Shown one piece after another: positions 1 through 7,998 of a DNA stretch of 37,817 nucleotides (within the stretch, counting starts at the first letter, position 1; every line of letters starts with the position of its first letter). Below the pieces are notes generated by a model that searched no databases, was not told where the DNA came from, and was given only the letters and a program-made list of their open reading frames with translations. Made by a program: the position numbers and the translations under genes. Source of the stretch: an uncultured Candidatus Saccharibacteria bacterium (GTDB taxonomy: Bacteria > Patescibacteriota > WWE3 > CAZQQZ01); assembly GCA_964595755.1 (NCBI GenBank), contig CAZQQZ010000002.1, forward strand, positions 1 to 37,817, written 5' to 3'.

Positions 1-22
1 TCTATTATAACATTTGCATATT

Positions 23-98
23 TGGTGGACCCGAGGGGATTCGAACCCCTGACCCCTGCAATGCGAATGCAGTGCTCTACCAACTGAGCTACAGGCCC
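23..98 (-). tRNA. tRNA-Ala (anticodon CGC), CCA encoded
   Basis: The reverse complement reads GGGCCTG TA GCTC AGTTGGTA GAGC A CTGCA TTCGCAT TGCAG GGGTC AGGGG TTCGAAT CCCCT CGGGTCC A CCA. It forms a full cloverleaf with a G3:U70 Ala identity pair and the anticodon loop TT-CGC-AT. Confidence 0.93.
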
Positions 99-111
99 AA
101 AATAATCCAAA

Positions 112-205
112 ATCTAACCCGCCCACCTCGCAAGCGAGAGCGTTGCGGGCAGGCCAACTGACCCGCTTCGACCCGCGCCTTCGCGAGGCTAGACTACAGG
201 CCCAC
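112..205 (-). ncRNA. GC-rich structured leader/unknown RNA element immediately upstream of tRNA-Ala on the same strand
   Basis: The minus strand reads GTGGGCCTGTAGTCTAGCCTCGCGAAGGCGCGGGTCGAAGCGGGTCAGTTGGCCTGCCCGCAACGCTCTCGCTTGCGAGGTGGGCGGGTTAGATTTTGG. It has nested complementary segments CCTCGC/GCGAGG, GCGGG-CAG/CTG-CCCGC and GTCTAG/TTAGAT. It is a GC-rich island in an AT-rich spacer, and I did not recognise a known family. Confidence 0.3.
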
Positions 206-211
206 AAACTA

Positions 212-240
212 ACACTAAATGTTAAAGATTAATATCTCAA
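212..240 (-). promoter_or_regulatory. putative sigma70-type promoter for the leader plus tRNA-Ala transcript
   Basis: On the minus strand there is TTGAGA (240..235), a 17-nt spacer and TAGTGT (217..212). The predicted start near 205 coincides with the first G of the GC-rich element. Confidence 0.4.
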
Positions 241-319
241 CACTCTTTTTATATTTTTACCTACTTCACAATACTCCCTTATCACATATTGATAATTAAT
301 ATCATTATAACACTAACAA

Positions 320-347
320 TTGTACTAAGGTTTAAACCTCTGTACAA
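320..347. promoter_or_regulatory. 28-bp imperfect palindrome, operator candidate overlapping the promoter of the TrpR-like gene
   Basis: The sequence is TTGTACTAAGGTTTAAACCTCTGTACAA. It is a near copy of the perfect palindrome at 921..948 and lies 33 nt upstream of the ATG at 380. Confidence 0.6.
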
Positions 348-379
348 ATTAATAAATAGAGAATAGTATTCAAATTACA

Positions 380-907
380 ATGGGAACAGTTAAATTAAAC
401 AAATTTAAAGGACTATCAACCGAGGATCAAAAGGATCTTGTGTTTGATTTGATTAACGCCTTTTCTTCTGTTAAAGGACCTTTTGATACATTGTTAATTC
501 TGCAAGACTTATTAACTGCTTACGAAATAAAAAACTTAAGTAAGAGACTTAGAATCGCGAAAATGATAATCGCGGGAGAAGGATACGATAATATATGTAA
601 GCGTCTAAAAACCAGTAAGGCAACAATAGCAACAGTCAAAGTGTGGCTCAGCGAATCCGGCGAAGGTTTTAGAAGAATAATCTCTAGATTACCAAAAAGA
701 AAAGAAAAGTACGTTGCAAAACCATTCAAAAGTAAAGGGGGAATGTTTTATGATCCTTTCGACCTGGGTTTATCTTTGATCCTGAATAAACTTGAAAAAG
801 ACGAGCAAAAGATACTTTCAGATTTTCTTACAAACATGGAATCCAAAGAATTTAACACTCAGCTAATCCGTGAAAATAACGAAGAAGAGTTTAAAAAGCA
901 CATATAA
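380..907 (+). CDS. TrpR-related YerC/YecD-family DNA-binding protein with a C-terminal extension
   Basis: This is a 175-aa ORF. The segment LLTAYEIKNLSKRLRIAKMIIAGEGYDNICKRLKTSKATIATVKVWL matches, from memory, the YerC/TrpR helix-turn-helix pattern (E..R..vA..L..g.sY..I...tg.S.aTIsRV). Confidence 0.75.
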   Translation: MGTVKLNKFKGLSTEDQKDLVFDLINAFSSVKGPFDTLLILQDLLTAYEIKNLSKRLRIAKMIIAGEGYDNICKRLKTSKATIATVKVWLSESGEGFRRIISRLPKRKEKYVAKPFKSKGGMFYDPFDLGLSLILNKLEKDEQKILSDFLTNMESKEFNTQLIRENNEEEFKKHI

Positions 908-920
908 CTATAAACAACAT

Positions 921-948
921 TTGTACTAAGGTTTAAACCTTAGTACAA
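921..948. promoter_or_regulatory. perfect 28-bp palindrome, operator candidate upstream of the helicase gene
   Basis: TTGTACTAAGGTTTAAACCTTAGTACAA equals its own reverse complement. It lies 46 nt upstream of the ATG at 994. Confidence 0.65.
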
Positions 949-993
949 AATATTTACTACTAATGTTCTTCCTAATGGTTTATTATCTTTCCC

Positions 994-3012
994 ATGTCAT
1001 TCATTCTAAATCTAGAACAATACTTAAATAAATCCCAAATCGAAGCGGCGACAATTAAAGACGGACCTGTTCTTGTGATCGCCGGGGCGGGAACCGGTAA
1101 AACCAGAGTGCTTGAATTTAGAACTTCCTTCTTAGTTGATAGCGGAATACCCGACAACCAGATCCTCCTTCTAACATTCGCGAGAAAAGCGGCGGCAGAG
1201 ATGTTAAGACGAGCGGCTGAAAGAAATGAGAATTGCCGTAACATTCAAGGGGGAACTTTTCACTCCTTCGCCGCAAGTCTCCTTCGGAAACACGCCAGCC
1301 TATTGAATTTCCCCAACGATTTTACAATTCTTGATAAAGGTGACAGTGAAGACCTAATTAATGTTATAAGGGGCGAATTGAATCTGGGGGAGGGAAGTAA
1401 GAGATTTCCAAAAAAAGGAACCATTATGAATATCATAAGTAGCGCCCAAAACCGAGAAATGTCACTCGAAACGATAGTAGAGGCAGAGTATCCCCATTTT
1501 GAAGACGATCTTAAAGCATTGACCCAAATAGCACACAATTACAAGGCAAGAAAACAAAAATCAGGACTTATGGATTATAATGACTTGCTTATTTATTTAA
1601 ATTTATTATTAATCTCATTCCCTAAAGTTAAAGAGGGAGTTCAAGATATGTATCGATACATAATGGTAGATGAATACCAAGATACCAACGCGGTGCAAGG
1701 GGATATCGTCAAGAATTTGGCTGATCAACACCGAAATATTCTCGCGGTAGGGGATGATATGCAAAGCATTTATAAGTTCCGTGGAGCAACTTTTAAAAAC
1801 ATCATTCGATTTCCCAAAGATTTTCCCGAAACAAGAATTATTAAACTTGAACAAAATTATCGAAGTGTTCAACCAATTCTTGACGCCTCAAATCGCGTAA
1901 TTGATCAAGTTAAAGGGGAGCATTTTGCCAAAAGTCTTTTTACAAGGGAATCGTCCGGCGAAAAACCTCTTTTTATTGAGTTTCCTGATCCGATGGAAGA
2001 AGCTTCTTGGATTGCCCGAAAAGTGCTAGAGCTCAGAGAAACTGGAATCCAACTAAATCAAATAGCGATTTTGTTTAGGGCTTCCTTTACTTCAAACGAA
2101 CTAGAAGTAGAATTACAATCACGAGGAATTCCTTATGTTAAATACGGAGGGTTGAAGTTTATGGAAGCCTCCCATGTTAAGGATTTAATTTCCATAATAA
2201 AAGCCTCACAAAACTTTAAAGACGAATTATCTTGGATAAGAACTGCCCAACTTCTGCCAAAAGTTGGTCCCGCAAAAGCTAATCAGATATTTCTTTCCGT
2301 TTCCGAAAAGGGGGCGGAAGAGGGCCTTAAGCCATACGCTTCAGGAAATCCCGCTGGCGGCGCAGTTGAGGAGCTTCTTTATATAATTAATTTATCAAGA
2401 GAAGAGGGCGTCACACCAAAGGAGGTAATGGATGAGGCGGTTAAAATGTATCGCCCACTACTGCAAGAGAATTATGACGACTGGGACAAGCGGGGGGAAG
2501 ACCTTACCTCTTTGATTGAAATATCTAAGAAATATAAAACCATCACCGCGCTCCTCGAAGACCTAGCTCTTGAACCACCAAACGAATCCGTTTCCGGAGT
2601 AAACGCCGACCACGAAGATGAGACGCGGCTTATTCTTTCGACCATCCATTCTGCCAAAGGGCTTGAGTGGAATACTGTCTTTGTCCTTGGGGCGCAAGAA
2701 GGAGTATTACCCCACTATAAAGCGGTAGAGGATCCGGAGGAACTAGAGGAAGAAAGAAGAATGTTTTATGTAGCGATCACACGGGCTAAAAAAAGGCTTT
2801 ATCTAACAATGTCGCACGGGCACTCGACCAATCCAAGAGGCTGGGGGCTAGAGCTACCTTCTCGTTTTGTCCTTCCGCTTCTTGATAGTGGGGAAGTGGA
2901 AATGCAGGAGGAAGAAAAAAATCAAGGAAGAACTTTTGGAAAACGATTGGATTATGTCAAAGATGAAGATTCTTATGACCTAGAAACCGACCGCTCCAAT
3001 TGGCAGATTTAG
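994..3012 (+). CDS. uvrD: UvrD/PcrA-family superfamily-1 ATP-dependent DNA helicase
   Basis: This is a 672-aa ORF. It has a Walker A motif (AGAGTGKTRV), DEYQDTN, VGDDMQSIYKFRGA, LEQNYRS, TIHSAKGLEW and YVAITRAKKRLYL. Confidence 0.9.
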   Translation: MSFILNLEQYLNKSQIEAATIKDGPVLVIAGAGTGKTRVLEFRTSFLVDSGIPDNQILLLTFARKAAAEMLRRAAERNENCRNIQGGTFHSFAASLLRKHASLLNFPNDFTILDKGDSEDLINVIRGELNLGEGSKRFPKKGTIMNIISSAQNREMSLETIVEAEYPHFEDDLKALTQIAHNYKARKQKSGLMDYNDLLIYLNLLLISFPKVKEGVQDMYRYIMVDEYQDTNAVQGDIVKNLADQHRNILAVGDDMQSIYKFRGATFKNIIRFPKDFPETRIIKLEQNYRSVQPILDASNRVIDQVKGEHFAKSLFTRESSGEKPLFIEFPDPMEEASWIARKVLELRETGIQLNQIAILFRASFTSNELEVELQSRGIPYVKYGGLKFMEASHVKDLISIIKASQNFKDELSWIRTAQLLPKVGPAKANQIFLSVSEKGAEEGLKPYASGNPAGGAVEELLYIINLSREEGVTPKEVMDEAVKMYRPLLQENYDDWDKRGEDLTSLIEISKKYKTITALLEDLALEPPNESVSGVNADHEDETRLILSTIHSAKGLEWNTVFVLGAQEGVLPHYKAVEDPEELEEERRMFYVAITRAKKRLYLTMSHGHSTNPRGWGLELPSRFVLPLLDSGEVEMQEEEKNQGRTFGKRLDYVKDEDSYDLETDRSNWQI

Positions 3013-3068
3013 TTAAGATGGAGGCGGAAAGGCCTCCGCTACAATCTTTAGATCGCCATCCTGCGTAT

Positions 3069-4310
3069 TCATTTCCCAAAAGCAATCCTATCAATTATCT
3101 TTTTATCCATCTCCATCATACTAGCCGGAGCGACGACAAACTCTCCATAACGATCATTTATTTTATCTAACGCGTCGGATAAATGTCTTTCTTCTAGAAG
3201 ATTATCAAAAAGGTACTGTTGAGCGGGAAAATTTGGCTTTAAATCAAAACAAGAAACTGCTAAAAGCCGAACGGGCAGAAGTTTAGTGGAAAAAAGTATC
3301 CGTCGAGATTCTTTATAAAGAGATTGAGTGGAATAAAGATTGGTAGAAACTTTTTCGCCGTGATGAAAAAAGCTTTCATCAAAATTACAAGCAACGTGAA
3401 TCCCTCCCGCAGAAAGACCAGATTCGCGCAAGCGCCGTCCCATTTTTTCACAAAGTTTAAGAAGAAGTCTAGAAAGCTCAATCTCATCATTTGTTGCTTT
3501 AGGGAGAGCGTAAGATTGGCCAAAACTACGACGGGGAAAATTAACTTTATCGATTTCATATCCACGCAAACGTAAATACCAATAGTAACCACATATTCCG
3601 CCGAAGGCGCCGCGGAGAGTGATTAAATCGGCGTGTAGAAAATCAAGGGGAGTAAAAACGTTAACTAAATTTAAGCGTTCTTCCAACCGAAAGTTAATTC
3701 CACAAAGATCTCGAAGTTTAAATTGAGAAAAAGCTTCTTCCAAATTCAAATGGTTAATCTCGTCCAACCCATCCGGTTTATGCCAAGAGGCGGCCGTTTT
3801 GGCTAAGAAGCGGTTGGGACCAATGCCAACATTAACAATCAAATAATCACCAATCTCACTTTTAATCCTTTCCTTAATTTCATAACCCACATTGTGTAAT
3901 TTTTGGCCAGAAACAAGACGGGCGACATAAGATGTCGCCCCTGCATTGGAAACACCAAAAAAATCCAAAACCGCCTCATCCACTGATTTCTGAACACAAT
4001 CCGGGGAGTACTCTCTAAAAAGCGCCATCATCTTTTGCGAGATGTATCGATACAATGGTGGGTCTGGTTCTTTGACAATTAGGGTAGGGCAAAGGGCACG
4101 TCCTTCAAAAACCCGCGTTCCTGTTTTAACTCCAAAAGCTTTTGCTTCGTAAGAAGAGGCAAGAATACAACCACCAGGCGAGACGTAAGCCGCCACCGCG
4201 ACTGGTTTATGACGGATTAGCGGGTTTGCCTGCTGTTCGCAAGAAGCAAAGCAGGAATTTAGGTCAATGTGCATTACGATAGAGTCGGAATTGTTAAACG
4301 GTAGCGTCAT
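3069..4310 (-). CDS. dinB: Y-family DNA polymerase IV with catalytic residues present
   Basis: This is a 413-aa ORF. The N-terminus MHIDLNSCFASCEQ matches the DLDxFFASVE motif type, and an SVDEAVLD acidic motif is present. The ORF ends in TGA. Confidence 0.88.
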   Translation of the reverse strand: MTLPFNNSDSIVMHIDLNSCFASCEQQANPLIRHKPVAVAAYVSPGGCILASSYEAKAFGVKTGTRVFEGRALCPTLIVKEPDPPLYRYISQKMMALFREYSPDCVQKSVDEAVLDFFGVSNAGATSYVARLVSGQKLHNVGYEIKERIKSEIGDYLIVNVGIGPNRFLAKTAASWHKPDGLDEINHLNLEEAFSQFKLRDLCGINFRLEERLNLVNVFTPLDFLHADLITLRGAFGGICGYYWYLRLRGYEIDKVNFPRRSFGQSYALPKATNDEIELSRLLLKLCEKMGRRLRESGLSAGGIHVACNFDESFFHHGEKVSTNLYSTQSLYKESRRILFSTKLLPVRLLAVSCFDLKPNFPAQQYLFDNLLEERHLSDALDKINDRYGEFVVAPASMMEMDKKIIDRIAFGK

Positions 4311-4339
4311 AATAAAACAAACTATACTTAAAGTTCATG

Positions 4340-4444
4340 TCAAAGCTCAAAGCTCAAAAATCAAAGCGCAAAACCACAACTAAAAACTAGCTAACTTTAT
4401 TTTGTTCTAAGTTTTGAGCTATGGTTTTGACATTTGAGTTTTTA
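4340..4444. repeat. inverted arrays of 7-nt repeats between the small ORF and dinB
   Basis: The left array at 4340..4374 reads TCAAAGC TCAAAGC TCAAAAA TCAAAGC GCAAAAC. The right array at 4411..4444 reads GTTTTGA GCTATG GTTTTGA CATTTGA GTTTTTA and is its approximate reverse complement. Confidence 0.6.
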
Positions 4445-4445
4445 G

Positions 4446-4688
4446 TTAAGAATCCATCTGAGTAAGAACCCAAACCAAACCTTCCGTCCCAAACTCAAGC
4501 TGAAAGAAGTTCCCATTTGCTATCAAAGAAAACACATGAATAAGCTCCCTCCCTCGCCTTAAAGTATGGTGCATTCCAATTTTTTCCACTGGATAATCAC
4601 GGTTCCGCCAAACGATTTTTGTCGGCGTGAGCGCTTTTGTCTTCTCATCACAAGTTGTCTCTACGGAAACTTTCTCGTTTATAGTCAT
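4446..4688 (-). CDS. small hypothetical protein (80 aa) in an apparent operon with dinB
   Basis: The ORF has its own upstream promoter and is co-oriented with dinB. The pattern IVWRNRDYPVEKI...FQLEF...LVWVL resembles, from memory, small DUF6504-like proteins that accompany Y-family polymerases. Confidence 0.55.
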   Translation of the reverse strand: MTINEKVSVETTCDEKTKALTPTKIVWRNRDYPVEKIGMHHTLRRGRELIHVFSLIANGNFFQLEFGTEGLVWVLTQMDS

Positions 4689-4739
4689 AAATTTACCCCG
4701 AGTATGTCGAGGGGCCCGAATAAAACCCGAAACTCTTTA

Positions 4740-4768
4740 GTTATAAAAATTTATGGAGAAGATGTCAA
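4740..4768 (-). promoter_or_regulatory. putative promoter of the small-ORF/dinB operon
   Basis: On the minus strand there is TTGACA (4768..4763), a 17-nt spacer and TATAAC (4745..4740). This leaves a leader of about 45 nt containing the hairpin CCCCTCGA-CATAC-TCGGGG. Confidence 0.55.
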
Positions 4769-4779
4769 GAGGGAAAAAA

Positions 4780-6984
4780 TCAAGGAATTTCGCGCCAGCT
4801 AACACGACGCTTAGTGGCGAATGAAGGAGCATAAGTTATAAAAAACGGCTGATATTCAAAGGATTCGACTGAATCCAAATTTTCATCAATTCGATAACGA
4901 TCCCTTGGGAGATTAAGACCATTTTCCGCGTAAATCATCCCCCTAATCTTTATTTTCCTGTCTCTTTGCCTAAAAGAGGGGTTATCAAAATTTGTGATCT
5001 CAAATCTGCCCCCGGCGGGGGAACCGTCGTCTAAAACAATAATGCTCGCGTCAATTTTATCGTCAGAACTAAACGGATTTCCAATACTATCCACCGTAAC
5101 GGAGCCCTTAACAATAAGTAAAATGTGAGAGTTGGGCGGAGACCAACTTGCTTTCTCAATGCTTCGTATAGTTACATCCCCCTCCGCCAAAAAAACCGCC
5201 ACGCCCGGAGCATCAAGAGAATATATTGGATGAAAAGAACCACCAAAAACCTTCCCGCTCAATTTCTTGGCTTGCCCGGGAGGAAGACCTTGCCAAATCA
5301 GAGGATCCGCGCCGGCGCTGGCAAAAAGACTATCAAAATCTATTTGCAGGGCTTCTTTGAAAGAAATTCCAAAATCATAATTGGATTGATACCAATCGTG
5401 AGGCGCGGGAGAAACCTCACGGTTATTAAGATCGATCTGATTACCGGCAGTGACGACCCCAAAGCCGTGACTTGGATCTCCATCGGGCCCTTGGATCAGA
5501 TACGGGGGATCGGCAGAAGAGTGAACAAAAGAAAATAGAACTCCCCCCGCCTGAATGTCACCTTCAGTTACCCTAAACCAAGCAGCCGGTTCTTGTTTTA
5601 AACCAAAATTAACCACCGCGTCTTCATCAAAAGAATCTATGCCGGCGCAATTTCCGATTAATGATTTTGAAGCGCAATAGGTCCGCCAACCATCCCAAGG
5701 AGTAACACAAACTTCAAGACCTCCAGGATTAAGTGGGACGTTGGAAATAGTATAATGTCCACTGGAATCGCTCGTTACACAAATTCCACTTCCAGTCGCA
5801 CAAACCAAACGAATAAGTCCGTTTGATCCGCCATCGGCACAGCTAGGATTCGAACCGCCGGTATTATTCCAAACCCTTCCGGTAACTGCGCCTCCCCCAA
5901 TGACACCAAACCAAGCTTGGGTAATTTCTTGGGAATGAATGGCAATAGAGAGGGGGTTGCTAGTAGAGGAGGCATAGCCAACAGGTAAAGAAATAGAAAC
6001 CAAATAATTTCCCGGAGGAAGACTTGCCTGAAAATACGGATTTGGATCACAAGCGTTTACCGTGGTCGAGCCGCTTTCCACGCCTGTCCAAGATACTGTT
6101 ATATCAAGTACCGAAGCGCCGACACAAGAAATTCCCGTATATTCAGTATAATTATCAGTCCCCGAGTCATAAGAACCATTCCGGTCAACGTCCATATAAA
6201 CTCGCCCCCGTAAAGTTCCCAGGCACGAACTATCGGAAACGCAACGATACATGGTATCACACGAAACCGGGTTGCAATATTCCATGCGCTCACCAGTATC
6301 ACAAGATCCCTCCCCGCAATTAGCGCTAACCCAACTCTCAACAGGGCAGACGCAACACTCTAGATCGCTCGCGCAAGTATTTGCTCCAGAACCAACCACA
6401 GAAACACAAGAAGTTGCCTGGCATTCAGTATGAGTTTCTTGAGAACATTCCAAGCAAGTTTGACCGACGAAACTGTTATAAATTGCCGTATCAGTTTCAT
6501 CAACCGCCCCATCTTGATCAACATCCCCCTCCGAAAAAGGTCCTGCGCAGGCAGTTTTTTTGCCCATATCGTCCCGAATTACTTCCAAATCCGATTCATT
6601 TACCAAACAATCACCAGTCACATCGGCTTCCTCACAAGTACAAGCATCGGTTGTCGCCGTAAATGTCCCAAGACCGCCATTATCAGATTCAATTATAAAA
6701 AAGACGCTTGCCCCGCAAGGAAGAATCTCCCCCGAACTAAACGTAGTTAAATCACCAACGTCATTCGGCCCCTCGACGCAAGTTCCCGTTAATCCACCGG
6801 TGTAATCATAATAAACCGTATATGAGATTGCTTCGGGGTAGCTTTCCCAAGAAATATCCACGGAATGACTGGTTAAGGAAATTAAATTTATCGAAATATC
6901 TCCAGCAGAGACCCTCTCTGAGAGGATTAACGGCAACATCAGCAACAAAAGAAGAAAAAATTTTACTTTGGGCAGGAGTCGCAT
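4780..6984 (-). CDS. large secreted/cell-surface protein with a signal peptide, FN3-like N-domain, dockerin-like double EF-hand module, Cys-rich region and SdrD-B/Cna-B-like repeats
   Basis: The tracked ORF is 4780..7005 with a TTG start. I prefer the ATG at 6984 (MRLLPKVKFFLLLLLMLPLILSERVSA). Supporting segments are DVTGDCLVNESD and DVDQDGAVDETD, and GRVYMDVDRNGSYDSGTDN. Confidence 0.8.
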   Translation of the reverse strand: MRLLPKVKFFLLLLLMLPLILSERVSAGDISINLISLTSHSVDISWESYPEAISYTVYYDYTGGLTGTCVEGPNDVGDLTTFSSGEILPCGASVFFIIESDNGGLGTFTATTDACTCEEADVTGDCLVNESDLEVIRDDMGKKTACAGPFSEGDVDQDGAVDETDTAIYNSFVGQTCLECSQETHTECQATSCVSVVGSGANTCASDLECCVCPVESWVSANCGEGSCDTGERMEYCNPVSCDTMYRCVSDSSCLGTLRGRVYMDVDRNGSYDSGTDNYTEYTGISCVGASVLDITVSWTGVESGSTTVNACDPNPYFQASLPPGNYLVSISLPVGYASSTSNPLSIAIHSQEITQAWFGVIGGGAVTGRVWNNTGGSNPSCADGGSNGLIRLVCATGSGICVTSDSSGHYTISNVPLNPGGLEVCVTPWDGWRTYCASKSLIGNCAGIDSFDEDAVVNFGLKQEPAAWFRVTEGDIQAGGVLFSFVHSSADPPYLIQGPDGDPSHGFGVVTAGNQIDLNNREVSPAPHDWYQSNYDFGISFKEALQIDFDSLFASAGADPLIWQGLPPGQAKKLSGKVFGGSFHPIYSLDAPGVAVFLAEGDVTIRSIEKASWSPPNSHILLIVKGSVTVDSIGNPFSSDDKIDASIIVLDDGSPAGGRFEITNFDNPSFRQRDRKIKIRGMIYAENGLNLPRDRYRIDENLDSVESFEYQPFFITYAPSFATKRRVSWREIP

Positions 6985-7006
6985 AGACAACAAAACTTCG
7001 GGCAAA

Positions 7007-7990
7007 CTAATGTTTAAACTTAGCCTTAAGCCTTAAGAAAAACCAGGCAATTTTGTACCCAATCGTAAATAGGTGATAAACCGGTCTATTTATAACAAAA
7101 TCGTATGAGTCGATAAACCTGACAATCTCTCCCCCAAACCCAGTTTTAAAACGAGTAAAACCATACCAAGGGTCCTTTGGGTCGTCTGGATTATCGGCCA
7201 CCCCCCACATATCAAAAAGATCGCAACCCAATTTTTTACCAAGCCTTATTGCTTCCCACATCAAAAGACCGCTGGCCATTAAATCTCGATAACGATAATC
7301 AGACCCGCCATACGGATAGTATAAAACTTTTTGATAGGAGAAGAGCATCCATCCGGCAATCGGAATTTCTTGATTTGTTTCCGAATCTTTAATTTTCGCA
7401 AGAAGAATGTAAGCAAGTCCCTTAGGCGCTAAAGTCTCCCATAAAACACGGTAGTAATTACTCGGGTGAACATAAAAACCTTGTCTTTTAGCGGTGTCTT
7501 GCTGTAAACGAATAAAATCTTCCAAATCCGTTTCTTCTTTTCCGACGACGATAAAAACACCTCTCTTAACAGCAATTTTGATGTTATATCGAGTTTTCTG
7601 GTGCATTCCCGCAAGAAGTTCTTCTTCTGATTTTGAAATATCTAGTAGTGCGGTATTTTTAGCGAAAGTATTTTTTTCGAATTTGATTCCGTACTTCTCA
7701 AAAACGCCCGCCGCCTCATCTGCCGTCTTTGTACCTTTAATAAAGTTAGGGCAGTCAAAGCGGATGACGACGCAGCGATTCTTTTTGCCCGCCTCTTTAA
7801 GTTTCTCGAAATCGATATTTTTTACATTATTTACTTTTGGAGCGTAGCCAACAAAGAAAGGAAGAAGAGGGATTTTGTGGAGGGTAAACTGAACTTCACC
7901 GGCGGAAACGAGAAAATTACCCATCTTTTCCTTAAATTCCCCCCAAGGTCGGGATTGAACAATGTGTTGAGGAAGGTTCGAAAAATCCAT
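7007..7990 (-). CDS. FemAB-family (FemX/MurM-like) aminoacyl-tRNA-dependent peptidoglycan bridge peptidyltransferase
   Basis: This is a 327-aa ORF. The N-terminus QSRPWGEFKEKMG and overall FemAB-like length and pattern support the call, which is made from family memory rather than an alignment. Confidence 0.75.
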   Translation of the reverse strand: MDFSNLPQHIVQSRPWGEFKEKMGNFLVSAGEVQFTLHKIPLLPFFVGYAPKVNNVKNIDFEKLKEAGKKNRCVVIRFDCPNFIKGTKTADEAAGVFEKYGIKFEKNTFAKNTALLDISKSEEELLAGMHQKTRYNIKIAVKRGVFIVVGKEETDLEDFIRLQQDTAKRQGFYVHPSNYYRVLWETLAPKGLAYILLAKIKDSETNQEIPIAGWMLFSYQKVLYYPYGGSDYRYRDLMASGLLMWEAIRLGKKLGCDLFDMWGVADNPDDPKDPWYGFTRFKTGFGGEIVRFIDSYDFVINRPVYHLFTIGYKIAWFFLRLKAKFKH

Positions 7991-7998
7991 AGGAAAGA

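Noticed and set aside
112-205. The GC-rich element upstream of tRNA-Ala interpreted as SRP (4.5S) RNA, tmRNA or RNase P RNA.
   Set aside because: It shares CCCGCAACGC with E. coli 4.5S RNA as I recall it. However, it lacks the conserved domain IV core (GGAA tetraloop flanked by the AGCAGC-type loops) on either strand. It is too short, and it lacks the tag ORF and T arm expected of tmRNA and the GGAAAGUCC-type P4 sequence expected of RNase P.
3020-3039. The hairpin GGAGGC-GGAAAG-GCCTCC between the convergent uvrD and dinB genes, considered as a terminator.
   Set aside because: The stem is real, but neither side has a U-tract. I left it unannotated as a feature because the support is too weak.
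5125-6805. A cluster of plus-strand ORFs (60-137 aa) inside the large secreted-protein gene, and similar antisense ORFs elsewhere (for example 520..729, 10750..11232, 14362..14718, 20103..20690, 22445..22888, 23832..24203, 30474..30872, 32680..33111 and 37142..37489).
   Set aside because: These are shadow ORFs fully embedded antisense or out of frame in long genes with clear family motifs. Their translations are compositionally odd, and no independent signals support them.
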